This document shows, one piece after another, positions 39,856 to 52,779 of a stretch of DNA of 64,000 nt (positions are counted from its first letter, which is position 1; each line of letters opens with the position of its first letter). The DNA is from Octopus vulgaris (taxonomy: Eukaryota). The stretch lies in assembly GCA_951406725.2 (NCBI GenBank), contig OX597817.1, positions 110,670,001-110,734,000 of the forward strand. The letters run 5' to 3'. A program made the translations under genes and the position numbers. Below the pieces are notes generated by a model. The model saw nothing but the letters and a program-made list of their open reading frames with translations. It ran no database searches and had not been told where the DNA came from.

Positions 39856-40602
39856 GCAGAAAGGAATAATGAACTTAACTCAAAATTTCATATTCTTCAT
39901 TGTCTTTAACCTCCTCAGCTTGTCACCTGCCTTCAGTTAACCTTGTTGAAATAACCCAAAATGTTCAATTGACTGCAGACACAATTTGGAAATGAAGTTC
40001 ATTTTAATATCCTCATACCTATTGTTTTCCTATGGCATTCAATTTATTCTCATGGACGCCTTCATTTTAGCTTTGTGGTTTAATTGAATCGGTAATATTT
40101 TTAATTAGGTGATTGATATTAGCTGTCTGTAGCGGAAATTTTTATCACATATCAGCAGTGGCGGCTAATGTATTTCCCCTACTTCCACTCGATATTATCG
40201 ATAACATTCAATATGAGTCCTTTTTTTCTTTCTTTCTTTATACGGCGGACGTAAAGAATGTGGACCGCACCCACTTTGGTTGTTTTTTGGGTTTTTTTTA
40301 CTGAATCCCCCATTTTCGTGTACTGAGATTCTGATTTTGCAAAAAAAAAAAACAAAAAAACCCATTTAAAAATTTTTATTTTCCCCCCACCAAATTCTTC
40401 AATTTTCACTTTTTTCAGTATTCTTTGTTTTGCAAAATATGTAGAAAAATACGGAGGGGGTGGGGATTAAAATTTTGATATGCCGTTTTTTTCTTTCTTT
40501 TTTTTTTGTTTATAGAATCAGAATCTCTGGGGCAGATGTAAAGAATGTAGACTGCACCCGCTTTCATTCTTTTTTTTTACAGACTCCTATTTTCAAGTAC
40601 AG

Positions 40603-41403
40603 GGATCTTTACCCTTTGAACGGCAGATCGAGAAATTAATTTTTTGTAACTAAACACTTTCAAACTTCGGACACTGGTAGAATGTGTCATATAAAACATC
40701 TTTTACTCTTAGTGTTGTTGAGAAAAGTTTCTAAGTTATCTTGTGTTAAAGTTGTCGTATTTTGGTAATTTCAACCAACCAATGACGTGCATTCAGCTGA
40801 ATAAAATTACTGCTGTTGTTTCCAGTGGTGTATATTTCGTTTGTCACTGTTATTTATGACATATTTAATCTCAGTTACGGTTGTATGAATAAACGAGTTT
40901 ATCTCTAGCATGTTTACTTCATGCACAACCATAATCGTTCGTGCATTTCTACTGCTTTTAGTTTTCCTGTTTCTCAGCTACTATTTTCGGAAAGACTTTT
41001 TGCTCCCTTCCCCCTCCAATTTCTTCATTTATCACTTTTTTCTGTAACTCTAACCCTAAAATCCCAATACTAATCCTAAAACCCTAACCCTAACCCTACA
41101 GCTAAAACCAATACAAATGCACGATGTCATAAATAAGTGACAAACGAAATACACACCACTGATAGTTGTTGTAGACAAACAATGGCAGTAATTTTTTTCA
41201 GCTGAATACACGTCATTGATTGGTTGAAATTACCAAAATACAATTACTTTAACACAAAATAACTTTGAAAATATAAACTTTTCTCAACAGCACTAAGAGT
41301 AAAAGATGTTTTAAATGACACATTCTATCAGTGTCCCGAAGTTTGAAAGTGTTTAGTTACAAAAAATTAATTTCTCGATTTGCCGTTCAAAAGGAAAAGA
41401 TCC
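40603..41403. mobile_element. GGATC-terminal foldback element with telomere-like core
   Basis: GGATCTTTACCCTTTGAACGGCAGATCGAG ... CTCGATTTGCCGTTCAAAAGGAAAAGATCC; ~260-bp arms; CCCTAA-like repeats at 41050-41100. Confidence 0.85.
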
Positions 41404-43688
41404 CTGTACTTGAAAATAGGAGTCTGTAAAAAAAAGAATGAAAAGAGGTGCAGTCTACATTCTTTACATCTGCCCCAAAATTCCATGTCTGAGATAGGAA
41501 GCTTCACACAAGGGAGAGAGAGCACTGCGTAAAGGACAGTGTCAGGTGAAAGGTACTGTTTCTTTTTGACTCCGTGCATGCTGTGCTTAAAAAGGTGTTT
41601 ATATTCTTGAATATGATAAGGTGTAGAATTAGATTATTATCCTGCTTCCAGCTTCAGTGTTGCTGCCAGGATTTGAAAAATAGGGCACATCCTCGCCTCC
41701 CTTATTTTGTGATTTAGGGGGCATTTTTGAAAACAAGGGGGAATTTGTGGCAGTGTTCAGTGAACAAATTAAACACACTACCTGGCAGTGGCTAAAATGT
41801 GAGCCGATCAAGTTTATGTTTAAATTTTCTTTTTATATGTTTGTTTCATTTTACACAGTATTAAAACAGTGGCTTAAAATTTTCTGAAGCAACACCCCAA
41901 CTAATTTTATCTATGAGCCTCTACTGCATATCAGTGTACCAATTTTCCTTCCCATGTAAACAAATTTCTAAAACTTGTTGATAAATTAAATATTAGTGAC
42001 TGGCAAAAGGATTAATATTTTACACGTTTTTTAATTACTTCCAAACAACGATAATGTTTTGCCATTAATAATATAAACTAAAGACGAAACATTGCTCCAG
42101 CAACAATATTAACACAGTCTTATTAAGTTTCTTAAATCAGTTTTTTTGTATCATCCTAAGCACATACTATAGATTTGAAGTCCATATTCAATTCCATTTA
42201 TTTTCCAATACATAGGGTAATTTGTTCAACTCTAGAGTGAATTATATGCTAAAGAATTTATATTTCAGAAAAATCTTGAATGAAATTGACCATTTACAAT
42301 CTGATCTGTTTAACTGCTTATGAATTCCTCCAACGTTTACAGTTAGACTGAAGCCTATGACAATTCTTCCAACAATAATATATTAAATTCTCTTTATTAC
42401 AAGCTGATGATAGCAGCAATATAACAGCTTACTTGTTATACACTTGTTAACATCGCCGATATATTAGATGTCGGTAACAAAGGCGTATATCTATTAGCTA
42501 ACAATTTCAACTGTCAGCAGAACACCTACGCATGCTTAAATACATCTTTATATAAATAAAAATTGCTATGCTACAACTAATATATTATTAGTTATTTTCC
42601 TGATTTATCTCATTCAAGCCATGGCATGAGCTGATTGTTTATTTGTTGATGACTTAGGTTTGATATAAGGAACAGATTATGGTTTCAGGAATTTATGACA
42701 GACATGGTCCCAGGAATTTTTTGAAAGCAGGGCACAAGGTCAGAAGGGAGTACAATTCCAGGAGAAAAGGGCGTAATATTTAGAAGAGCACACTTCTTTT
42801 CTTGAGGGCGGCATGTGCCTCCCACCTGGGTCTGCCCCTGTATTATAACATTTTTCTTCAAAAATTTAATGAACTTTTGCTCTTTCAACATTATTCTGTA
42901 TTTTTAAATAATAATTCTCAAAATATTTAGTGTTCAAGCTTCAGATTAAAATGACTTGGAAATTGAAGTGCAAAGTTTAAAATTGAATAAGTTTCACCTA
43001 GTTGTCATTTTGTACAGAGAACACAACTCAATTGTTACATTTAAAAGATAATAGATTGGAGGAGGTGTTAATCGATACTTGTTGATCATACAAACACATA
43101 AATGGTTTTCTCTGTGTGTTCTGCTTGTCTACAAGTTTATTTACGTTGTTTTGTCCTATGTCAACCGTAATCGAGCAGCCTTATGTTCAAAGCTCACCAT
43201 TCATGACAGCCTCATCTTTATTTTCAGATCATCTGTCTGGGATTACAATGTTCTGTGGACCTTTTAAGTTGGTATGGTATACTTTGAATTTAGTAACTAA
43301 TTCTAGAAGTTGGAGTGATCATAGTGTACAAGTCATTTCCAATTTGTTGTGTTGTAGTTTTTCTCTGGCAGCCTTTTAGAATAGCTGTCCTTGAAAATCC
43401 TTTTGAACGATATTTCCTAAGTCATTGCACCCTGTTAAGCAATTATTAACAGCTAAGATTGCATAACCACTGAACCTGCTACGAATGCCACCAAAGAAGA
43501 AACAAATTAGTTATTTCTGTCTTCTATAGTCTCAATAATTGGATTAAGGTTTTATTTTTTGTGCATATGAGTGACTAGTATTGATTTTTAAGCATTTAAA
43601 ACTCTTGTTTCATTTCCTTTTTAAACAAACTTTCACTTCTCTGTTTATTTTCATATTAGCTTTGTATATGTACAAAATTACTTCTTGC

Positions 43689-43719
<31 letters not shown>

Positions 43720-43754
43720 CATCTTAAAGTATAGATACATGTAAGTTGCTGTCA

Positions 43755-43804
<50 letters not shown>

Positions 43805-43980
43805 CACACACACACACACACACACATTAGTTGCCAATTGTAGAACATGACTGTCACTACATAAACCTGATGATTGCATAATGCATGAAAGTACTAGTTT
43901 ATTTCAGTATTGTAAAATTGTGAAAAGTGCAAATAATAAAACATGAAAATCAGATTAAGTTGGAATTTTATTGATTAATA

Positions 43981-44910
43981 CATGGGTTACCAAACTACGG
44001 CCCACAGACTAGATTCGGCCTGTGATGTCAATTTGTCCGGCCCACCGATGTATGCTGAAAAAAATAAGCATGCTTTTATACTGCTTCTTACACTTCTTAG
44101 ATTATGCATGTTGTATGTATACTGAGTCAGTCACATCATGCACTATGTATTTCAAGTGCCATAATTACCACAGTACATCACGTGTGCCTCGGGCTAGTCA
44201 GTTATTAAAACTATATGTGATGCCGAGGCCTTAGACTACTTTTATTTTTTCTTCACCCATCATTATGGCTACTAAGAAGAGAAAGGTTTATGATGAATGT
44301 CGAATAAAGAATGGGGAGAAAAGTACTTCTTTGGGGAAACAAATGACCAGAATGCTAGTTGCCTGATATGCAACAAAAGTGTTGCTGTTATGAAACATTA
44401 CAATATTTGTCGTCACTATGAAGCAAAACATCTCTCAACATATTCTAAATATTCTGGAAAATTGCGGTCTGAGAAATTTGAATCTATGAAACATAGTTTG
44501 GAATCTCAAAGGAGTTTCTTTACAAAAAAGTTTGTTGAAAATGAATCTATCACTCATGTAAGTTGCAAAATAGTGAATAAGTTGGCAGAGCAAGGAAAAC
44601 CATTTACTAACAGAAACTTTATAAAAGAGTGCATGATGGAAGCAGCGAATGACTTATTTCCTGAAAAAGCTAACATGTTTGGCTGTATCAGCCTTTCAGC
44701 AAGTTCAGTTGTGCAGAGAATAGAAGAACTTGGAGAGAATATACAGTTACAGATACATGAGAAAGCTAAGAAATTTTTGCAATATTCTCTTGCAATGTAT
44801 GAGTCTACTGATCTCTCTAGTATGTCACAACTTCTTGTGTTCATTTGTGGTGTTAATTGCAACTTTGAGATTATAGAAGAAATTGCATCTGTTTGCAGTA
44901 TACAACATAC
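43981..44910 (+). mobile_element. 5' half of a hAT Charlie/Buster (GTF2IRD2/SPIN-like) transposon with degenerate transposase
   Basis: 5' TIR CATGGGTTACCAAACTACGGCCC; MATKKRKVYDECR/EWGEKYFF...CLICNKSVAVMKHYNICRHYEAKH (BED-like finger)...KPFT..FIKECM...YSLAMYESTD..SQLLVF. Confidence 0.88.
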
Positions 44911-45110
44911 ATAAAAAATACACAAACACAGACATGCAAGCACATGAATATGCAGAATACATACATACTGATGCACATACATACATACTTATATACATTT
45001 GCATACACACACATGTATACATACACACATACATACATACATACACACATACATACATATGTACATGCATGCATGGGCACACACACACTGACCTATGCAC
45101 AAACAAACAA
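44910..45110. repeat. (CA)/(TACA)n microsatellite
   Basis: Directly visible; source of several spurious ORFs. Confidence 0.85.
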
Positions 45111-45279
45111 AAAGGAATGCAGTGTAAATAACCGACAGAGTCAAGACTATTGAAAAGGTTGCAAGATGCAACGAAAATTTTAGGAAAATAAGAATAAGTG
45201 GAAATTTTTACCAGTGAGTGTGTTAAATTATAAGGCACAAAAAGAAAATGACTCACCCCAGACACAACAGAATGTGTAA

Positions 45280-45504
45280 AAAGATTCGAGCGAGGTCATT
45301 GCCAGTACCGCCTGACTGGCCCCCATGCCGGTGGCACGTAAAAAGCACCCACTACACTCTCGGAGTGGTTGGTACTAGGAAGGGCATCCAGCTGTAGAAA
45401 CTCTGCCAGATCAAGATTGGAATCTGGTTCGCCAGCTCTCAGTCAAAATTGTCCAACCCATGCTAGCATGGAAAGCGAACGTTAAATGATGATGATGATG
45501 ATGA
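45280..45504 (+). mobile_element. RTE LINE 3' UTR / RTE-tailed repeat
   Basis: Matches 23130-23347; (GAT)n tail. Confidence 0.75.
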
Positions 45505-45531
45505 TATAAATATATCTATATGAATATATAT

Positions 45532-45561
<30 letters not shown>

Positions 45562-45562
<1 letters not shown>

Positions 45563-46042
45563 CTAGCTTAAGGTGACCTGCTCTACATGCAAGTGAGGGT
45601 GTGGTTGTTACTTTCTGTTTCTTATCGCCAAATTCTCCCTCTTTGTTTCTCTCTCACTTTCCCACTCACTTACTCTTCCTTTCTCTCGGACTCTCCCTCG
45701 CTTTCTCTTACTCTCTATCTTTCTCTCTCTATCTCTCTCCCATTTATAAAAAATTAGATTTCCACGCTTAAATTACAAATCTGCTTCCACTTTACCATGT
45801 TGAAAATTTGATTGAAATTGGGCAAAAGGTGTCCAATCCAGACCCCCAAGTGTCCCCCAAAATCAATAAAATTCCCATTTTCACACCAAAACAACCACTG
45901 TAGCGCCCAAAACGTCTCCCAATCAATTTCTCACCTCAAGTTACCCCCTCCTGTAAATTTTAATCCCCTTCCAGCCCCATTTAGACCCCTTTTTACATAA
46001 AAATCTAATTTGTATCAATGTTCGCCTTCTTCATTTTATAGA
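45562..46042 (-). mobile_element. non-autonomous Helitron
   Basis: Minus strand begins A|TCTATAAAATGAAG and ends ...GCTAG|T inside (TA)n. Confidence 0.55.
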
Positions 46043-46043
46043 T

Positions 46044-47850
46044 TAGACAGATATACCCAGCCTGGCTCGGGATTAAAATACTTTATTATTGTTTTATTTG
46101 TTTCGGTCTTATTACCCGATTTCATTCGGACCTATGTGGACCGCATTTTAAAAGATGAGGTTTTGCCCTAGAGGCCATGCCTTTTAACATAGGTGTGCAT
46201 ATTTTCAGCTCAATCTAAACACATATGCACACATTATATATATATACATACGCTTTAAATATGTACATACTAGCATTATGACCTATCATTGTCGGGTCAT
46301 AGTACTAGTGCATGTATATATGTGTACATATTACATGTACATCTATATATATACACCTACACATAAAATACAAAGTTATATCTTGATATCGCTAGTGATA
46401 ACAATACTCAAAATATATAACAGACTGGAATTGTAGGCCCATCTCTTGCAATTTTGATCAATTGTATCTTGACCTCCCTCTTGTATAGAAGTGTGGCTAC
46501 AATCCAGCCTACCTCTACTTCTGAGGGGACATTTTAAATTTTTATCCGGGACGTCCTACGTCCCAGATATAAAGGTAAAAATAAAATATTTCCACTTTGC
46601 AAGGTTCGAGTCGAGTACTCCCTTGCACGCTCCATTGACTCGAACGTTGCTTCTATTGTGGCGAATTTACCGCCTCTGATTAGATATCTTTCATAGTCGC
46701 ACCAAGACACTTTTTGATGGTGCTTTCCTCCAGGTGTTCAAATCTTTTTTTTTTCTCTACATTGTATACTTTATAGACAATAGTCTTTTCTTTAATTTAA
46801 TTTTTTATTTCGTTTGATGGTGTTATCCTAGTTTCACCGTCTTTGTCGGTGATCAATCCGAAATAGGTTTGTATTTCTTCCATTTTAATTTTAATGAGTT
46901 CGCGCCCGCCGACGGCTGCAGCGAAATTCATTTTTGGACTTTCTTCTATCGAAGGCATTCTAACAAAAATGCTTCCATATAAATGGTGAAAATATTGTTA
47001 ATTTCCTTACACAGGGACACAATTCAATTTTTAAACAATAACCAAAGCTCCTTCTCCCAAAGGGGGTAGGGTTACAGTTTACAATTATTTAACAAATGCA
47101 ACACAACAACGTTTCCCTTACGAGGAACCAACAAACGTGATAACAATAGTTAAACAGTAATAATAATAACAACAAACCTTACGGTGAATCAAAAAGCAGT
47201 ACGCAGTTGAAGCTATAGTCCTTTATTTATAAGAAATAAACCAACAGCAGTACTCAGTAGAAGTGGCTGTTTGAGCAAACAGACATTACATACAGCCAAA
47301 CTTCATATAGTTACTTAATGCTAGCTAATTAGCAGATAATCTAATGTAAAAGCTGTGGTAAACAGTATGTGCACAGCTCCATCTGGACTATTCCATTTCT
47401 GCACGCTAATTTTATTTTTAATTTATTCCCATTCATGTGAAATCACTTATTCAAGTTCAAGTCATTGATGCAATTTTATACCAATTGCTATTTTTACTTT
47501 TGTTATGTTACGATTTACTTATCATATTATACTTTAGTTTGATTTTAATTATTACTTACTACATATAATTCAATTGTTATTATTATCTCTAATTTTTATT
47601 GTTAAAGTGAAAGTATCTGACATAAAATAAAGAAATGTTTTTGTTTCACTTTTAACACATAATACTGAAATAGTGGAGAAGATATGATATTGCTATGCAA
47701 GAAGTTGAACATTTTTTTTACTGATGACACTCCCCGGACCCTAAGTAAGGCATGTGTAAAATTTTCAATGAAATTGGTTGTGTAGTTCTCAAGTTTTAGG
47801 GAAACACACAGACAGACAGATAGACACACATTCTCAGTTGTATATAGAGA
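46044..47850 (-). mobile_element. non-autonomous Helitron (Lep1-like) carrying captured or nested sequence
   Basis: Minus-strand 5' end A|TCTCTATATACAACTGAGAATGTGTGTCTATCTGTCTGTCTG; 3' hairpin CCCGAGCCAGGCTGGG plus degenerate CTAG near 46045; a further hairpin and CTAG end at 46269-46309. Confidence 0.6.
46440..46960 (-). pseudogene. second, divergent ORF1p fragment homologous to 27657-29017
   Basis: Minus strand KTIVYKVYNVEKK...RGGKFATIE...LFLPLYLGRRTSRIK..VPSEVEVGWIVATLLY aligns with KTIVYKVYAVEVKK...RGNKFGTVV...VLLPTYLGRRTFMIKVEEIPSDIDVAWVMAAVLY. Confidence 0.8.
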
Positions 47851-48759
47851 TATACGCACCATATATACATGTCTACACACACATATATATATATATACAT
47901 ACACACATATATAAATATATACACATATATATATGTATACACATTATATATATATTTATATACACACACATATATATAAATTAACACAATATATCTGATT
48001 AATAATATCTTTTATGATTGTGTGGTAGTGGTGGGCGATAATGATTCACCGTTCTAAAAGACCTGTGGTGGGAATATTTAAGCTTTTTCGGCTGTCAACG
48101 CTTTCTCTCTTTAGATACAGATAAATGTACAGTGAGAGAGGTGGTGGGAGTATAATTTATAACAAAGGACAAAGACACTACATTTGCTGCGTACATTTAG
48201 AAATGTTGGTTGTGTTCTTATACAGAATTTTGGAGTTGGTGAACGCTAGGTGGAAGATACAGCAGTTGGGACACATAAATTTTTAATTAATGACTGAGTG
48301 GAGACTTGTTTGAGCTTCCAATTCAGTCAGCTGAGGCATTGGTACTTCATGTTCCCAGTGTTATAGTAGCTGAAGTTCCAAATTTATCTGAAATGCTGAT
48401 AATGTTCCCAAACTGCTTGAAGTTTATTGCTGATTCCCCGCTGTACCAAACTTGCCTCTCTCAGGACATCTGGAGCACTAGCTGGTCCTGGATGAAGTTT
48501 GTAGGTCAAGTCACAGATGTTAACATCCCTCAGTTTTAACTATTATGTTTGGGGAAAACACTAATTAATGGTTTGAGGTGTTGCACCGAGAACATGGAAG
48601 CAAAGATAAAGAATTCCAGTGTTAGTTGCTCAACTGTCTATGCACCTCTCCAGCAAAGGAAAGGTATAAAAGGTATTTAAATCTGACAGTGGTAGATCTC
48701 TTGAAGTGTGACTGAGGACAAAGTTGAGTTGAAACTCCAGTATGCAACTCCATTCAAAC

Positions 48760-49380
48760 CTACTGAAGAATATAGCATATTGCTTAGTCTGAACAGTAAT
48801 TCTTCAGTGATATTAAAATGATTTATCAATACTACATATGAAAATTGCCAGTGGATTCATCGATGGCTAGTGAAAAAGAATCAAATCCCACCTCCAGATA
48901 TTGGCTGCAATTTCTTCAGCCTGTCTTGTTGTCCTGTGAGACAATCTGATCTTATCAAACATATTTAACTTTTCCGGTCATAAAAGTTCAGCCACTGCCA
49001 AAAAAATTCTTTTACAATTTCTCTGTTGACATAATTTTTCCTTCTTTAATATTTAGCAACTTTTTTTTTTTGGTAAAGTGCCTTCATGTACAATTTCTTC
49101 AAGTTCTGTTTGCCTTTGAGAAACTGCATATTTAGGCTGTTGATTAACTTTACTTTTTTGCATTCTGATGTCCCCTTTAAATTTATTGCACCCTGAAACT
49201 TTTTAAGCGTAATGCTGCTTAACATTAAATTCTTTAAAACCAGAGATGTATTCATGATATATTAAACACATTGATTTGGCTTTTTTCACTTCAGTAAAAA
49301 AGTAATCTTTGCCCAATTTTCTTGGAATTTTCTCATTTCTTCAGAAATCTATTTTTTTCTCTCTCTTGGATGAAACCATG
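48760..49380 (-). pseudogene. degenerate hAT (GTF2IRD2/EPM2AIP1-like) transposase N-terminal fragment
   Basis: Minus strand EEMRKFQENW/DYFFTEV/SMCLIYHEYISGFKEFNVKQHY ... AEEIAAN ... FDSFSLAIDEST ... ITEELL. Confidence 0.65.
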
Positions 49381-50128
49381 AGCTGTGATATAAAAAATTA
49401 AAATATCTTTGAAAATACTTATTGATATAATGTTCAGTTTCTGTCTCCACTCCTTATAATGACTTGTTTCAATAATTCAGCTGCTGGAACTACATGTGTG
49501 CTGTGTAGCATAACTTTGCACACATACACTTTGAAAGCAAAATTTTGTCACTCCTACCTGAGAACGTTACATGATACGCATGTGTAGTTACAGTTCTAAG
49601 CATAGCAACAAGTCGCTATAAGAGGTGGAAACAGATATTGAACATTGAATCAATAATCATTCGTTGAGTAGAGATGTCAATTTAAGGATCTTGAATGTTT
49701 GGATGGTTGCAATTTGACTGAATCATATTGAAAATTACACGGGCGACTTACAATGGCGAATATTTTTATTTTCCTAACTGCTGTATCCACAACACAACCA
49801 GAATTGATAAGGGAAGGGATTAGTTGGGCAGTTAGTAGTTATTCCCCTTTGGCACTAGTTTCTACAAACCTCTTTAACCGAGAGTGTGAGAACACGTGAA
49901 AACCAGACGAAACCAGTGTAGACGTTATTTTCCTCGTAAAGTCAGGCGTGCCTTTGGATTGCAGTTTGTCTATGACTAGTGTAGTGGTTACTGCGGGGCC
50001 TGGAATGAAACCAAAGTAAAAGAAATAGATGTGATGAACGCCAGGTCTTTCTGCTGTAAATGGGTTCTTTGTTTTTAAAGACTAATTTAAGCCAAATAAA
50101 ATGATGCTAAAGTTCTGTTTGTTAATGT

Positions 50129-51405
50129 GGATCTTTTCTTTTTGATAGACGGAATTTTCTAGTTAACTAAACAATTTGAAACTTCGTATACTGGTAGAAT
50201 GTGTCAAAAGAAAACATTATTGTAAACAAAATTGAAAACAAAATTGTAATTTGTAACTTTAACGTAGTTTAATTCTTCGAATTTTAACCAATGAAATACC
50301 AGCATTTGAGCTCAATTCATTTCTGCGTCTAAGTAAACAGCACACACATGCACACGTGTTATTCATCCTTTGTCTTCTGTCTTCTGCATGTGCTAGAAAT
50401 AACAGCTATATCTCTTAAATCGATGAATTTCGTCGCCCAATAAAAATATTAACGATATTTTTGGAATATTTTCTTTATTTTTTTTTACCGAAAAGGCTTC
50501 TCCCATGTTTATTTCAATGTCATCCCTGACTTACGGAACGATTACCTGTGTGTGTGTGTTTTTGTTGTGTATGTGTGTGGTTGTTTTTTTGTTGTGTATG
50601 TGTGCGTGTATGTGTTTGTTGTATGTGTGTGTGTGTTATTGTTGTGTATGTGTGTGTGTGTGTTTTTGTTGTGTATGTGTGCGTGTGTGTGTTTTTGTTG
50701 TGTATGTGTGCGTGTGTGTGTTTTTGTTGTGTATGTGTGCGTGTGTGTGTTTTTGTTGTGTATGTGTGTGCGTGTGTTTTTGCTGTGTGTGTGTGTGTGT
50801 GTGTGTTTTTGTTGTGTATGTGTGCGTGTGTGTGTTTTTGTTGTGTATGTGTGCGTGTGTGTGTTTTTGTTGTGTATGTGTGTGCGTGTGTTTTTGCTGT
50901 GTGTGTGTGTGTGTGTGTGTATTTGTTGTGTGTGCGTGTGAAGTATGTAAGTGGTGCGTTAGGCATGACTTTATAGGAAATAACAAGACAATGCGTGGAA
51001 ACCGCAAAAAATAATTGATGTCATTCCTGCGAAAGCGGAACGAAAACGAAAATGTTTTAAAGGTCCAAAAAATATCGTTAATATTTTTATTGGGCGACAA
51101 AATTCCTCGATTATTTCTAGCACATGCAGAAGACAAAGGATGAATAACACGTGTGCATGTGTGTGTGTGTATATATGTGTGTGTGTGTGTGTGCTGTTTA
51201 CTTAGACGCAGAAATGAATTGAGCTCAAATGCTGGTATTTCATTGGTTTAAATTCGAAGAATTAAACTACGTTAAAGTTACAAATTACAATTTTGTTTTC
51301 AATTTTGTTTACTATAATGTTTTCTTTTGACACATTCTACCAGTATACGAAGTTTCAAATTTTTTAGTTAACTAAAAAATTCCGTCCATCAAAAAGAAAA
51401 GATCC
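50129..51405. mobile_element. GGATC-terminal foldback element with ~335-bp near-identical arms and a minisatellite loop
   Basis: GGATCTTTTCTTTTTGATAGACGGAA ... TTCCGTCCATCAAAAAGAAAAGATCC; arms 50129-50465 and 51063-51405. Confidence 0.88.
50547..50940. repeat. ~27-bp (GT)-rich minisatellite GTGTGTGTTTTTGTTGTGTATGTGTGC
   Basis: Directly visible; explains the ORFs at 50505-51136. Confidence 0.9.
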
Positions 51406-52779
51406 GTTTTTAAGACAATTTGGCCCACAAAAAATGAGATGGAGGGACTATGAGGATAAAAACAATTACAAATGAACCATTTATACATTTCAAAGGCAAA
51501 TGAAGTATATGTAACTGGTCATCATTTAAAGTGATATTATGCACCTTGTTAACGCTGAGAAGTGGTGTGCCATCAGTTGTGATAAAAAGAATAATCCAGA
51601 CAAATGGTTTCAATACAGTTTTAACAGAAAAATTTCGAAGAATTAGATGAAAGTTCTCTGATAATTTTTTTTTGTGTGTAAATAAATGTTTGTGTTAATT
51701 TAAAGATTCGCCAGCAAAATCTTATAAAATGACAATGTTCTAAAAAATGTACATGTTTATTGTTATATATGAAAATAAAAGCTTTTATATTTAAAAAAAA
51801 ATTCTTATAAGAATGGTATGAAAACCCAGAAAAAAAATCGTTTCAATAAAATCTAGTATACTGCTGCTTCTCGTATTCCTCATGCAAACATGTTTTTAAT
51901 GACCCGTTCATAGTTTGAATTGAAAACTTTAAAGAACTCAAGTCCGAGTCAATACAATTTGATACAATTTACGATACATATTAATGATTAGGAGTTATTG
52001 TTTATTGTCAACAAAACCGTTTTAACTGTGAACAACTAGACTAACTTTATCCATAAACTCTAACCCTAAACAAGTCATTAACTTTTTTCTGTGTTGTGTT
52101 TCATATGAAACATAGAACATACTTCCTTGGCGTCCATGCATCATATATGATACATTCTTTTTTTTTTAACCACCAGAGTAAGTTCGTACTCAGGAAAGCC
52201 TTCTATTACTCAGAACGTATGAAACAAGGACTACCTAAAAGTCTGAAAAGATAAGCATGGACGTTTAGGACAAACCTATGAAAATGCTTTGGACAGGCAA
52301 AGGACGAAACTCTAATCCAAACTAATTCTGAGGTTGCGATTAGAATTGAGTTCAGAGTTGTGAGTGGTCATAATTTGAATGCTTTTGTTGATATTAATTT
52401 GAAAGCAAAAATAATAAATCTTTAAAAAAAAAAAACGGGATGTTCATTGTTCGAAAGTTATAGTCGAATGGAAAATTGTGTGTATGAACCATGGTTTTCG
52501 TGTATGTGCAGAAACCAAAATGAATTGGACAGTCAAGTATTTCATTTAAAATTTGTTTCGAACTGAAAAGTTCTGGACACTCAACTTCCCCATTACATTA
52601 TACTTTCGTCATAGAAGATAAAAGAGTACTTTACAATGTATTCTCAGATATTTTCATTTAAAAAGAAATTTACACATTAAATTCGTTATTTTGCTCGAGT
52701 ATTCGGGAAAGAAAAACGAAACGGCACAACCGACGCACCAGATTAAGTTCACCTCAAGCCAAAGTGAAATCCACTAAAT

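Larger units (their letters stand above)
38915..39870 (+). mobile_element. SINE family B split by two insertions
   Basis: Head CCGAGATTGACCTTACCTTTCACCCTTTCGAGGTTGATAAAATAAGTACC; tail resumes at 39406 and again at 39856. Confidence 0.55.

Noticed and set aside
41050-41100. TTAGGG/CCCTAA repeats as an interstitial telomere
   Set aside because: Short, degenerate and always at the centre of GGATC elements, so part of the transposon.
44825-45265. Stacked ORFs on both strands
   Set aside because: CA/TACA microsatellite translations.
48306-48560. 77-aa ORF and a YYVWG mariner-like motif
   Set aside because: No further transposase motifs or splice support.
50505-51136. Cys/Val- and His/Thr-rich ORFs of 129-169 aa
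   Set aside because: Translations of a (GT)-rich minisatellite that is stop-free by composition.
50070-51440. ~35-bp degenerate direct repeat flanking the 50129 foldback
   Set aside because: AT-rich, gapped and not adjacent to the left terminus, so it cannot be called a TSD.
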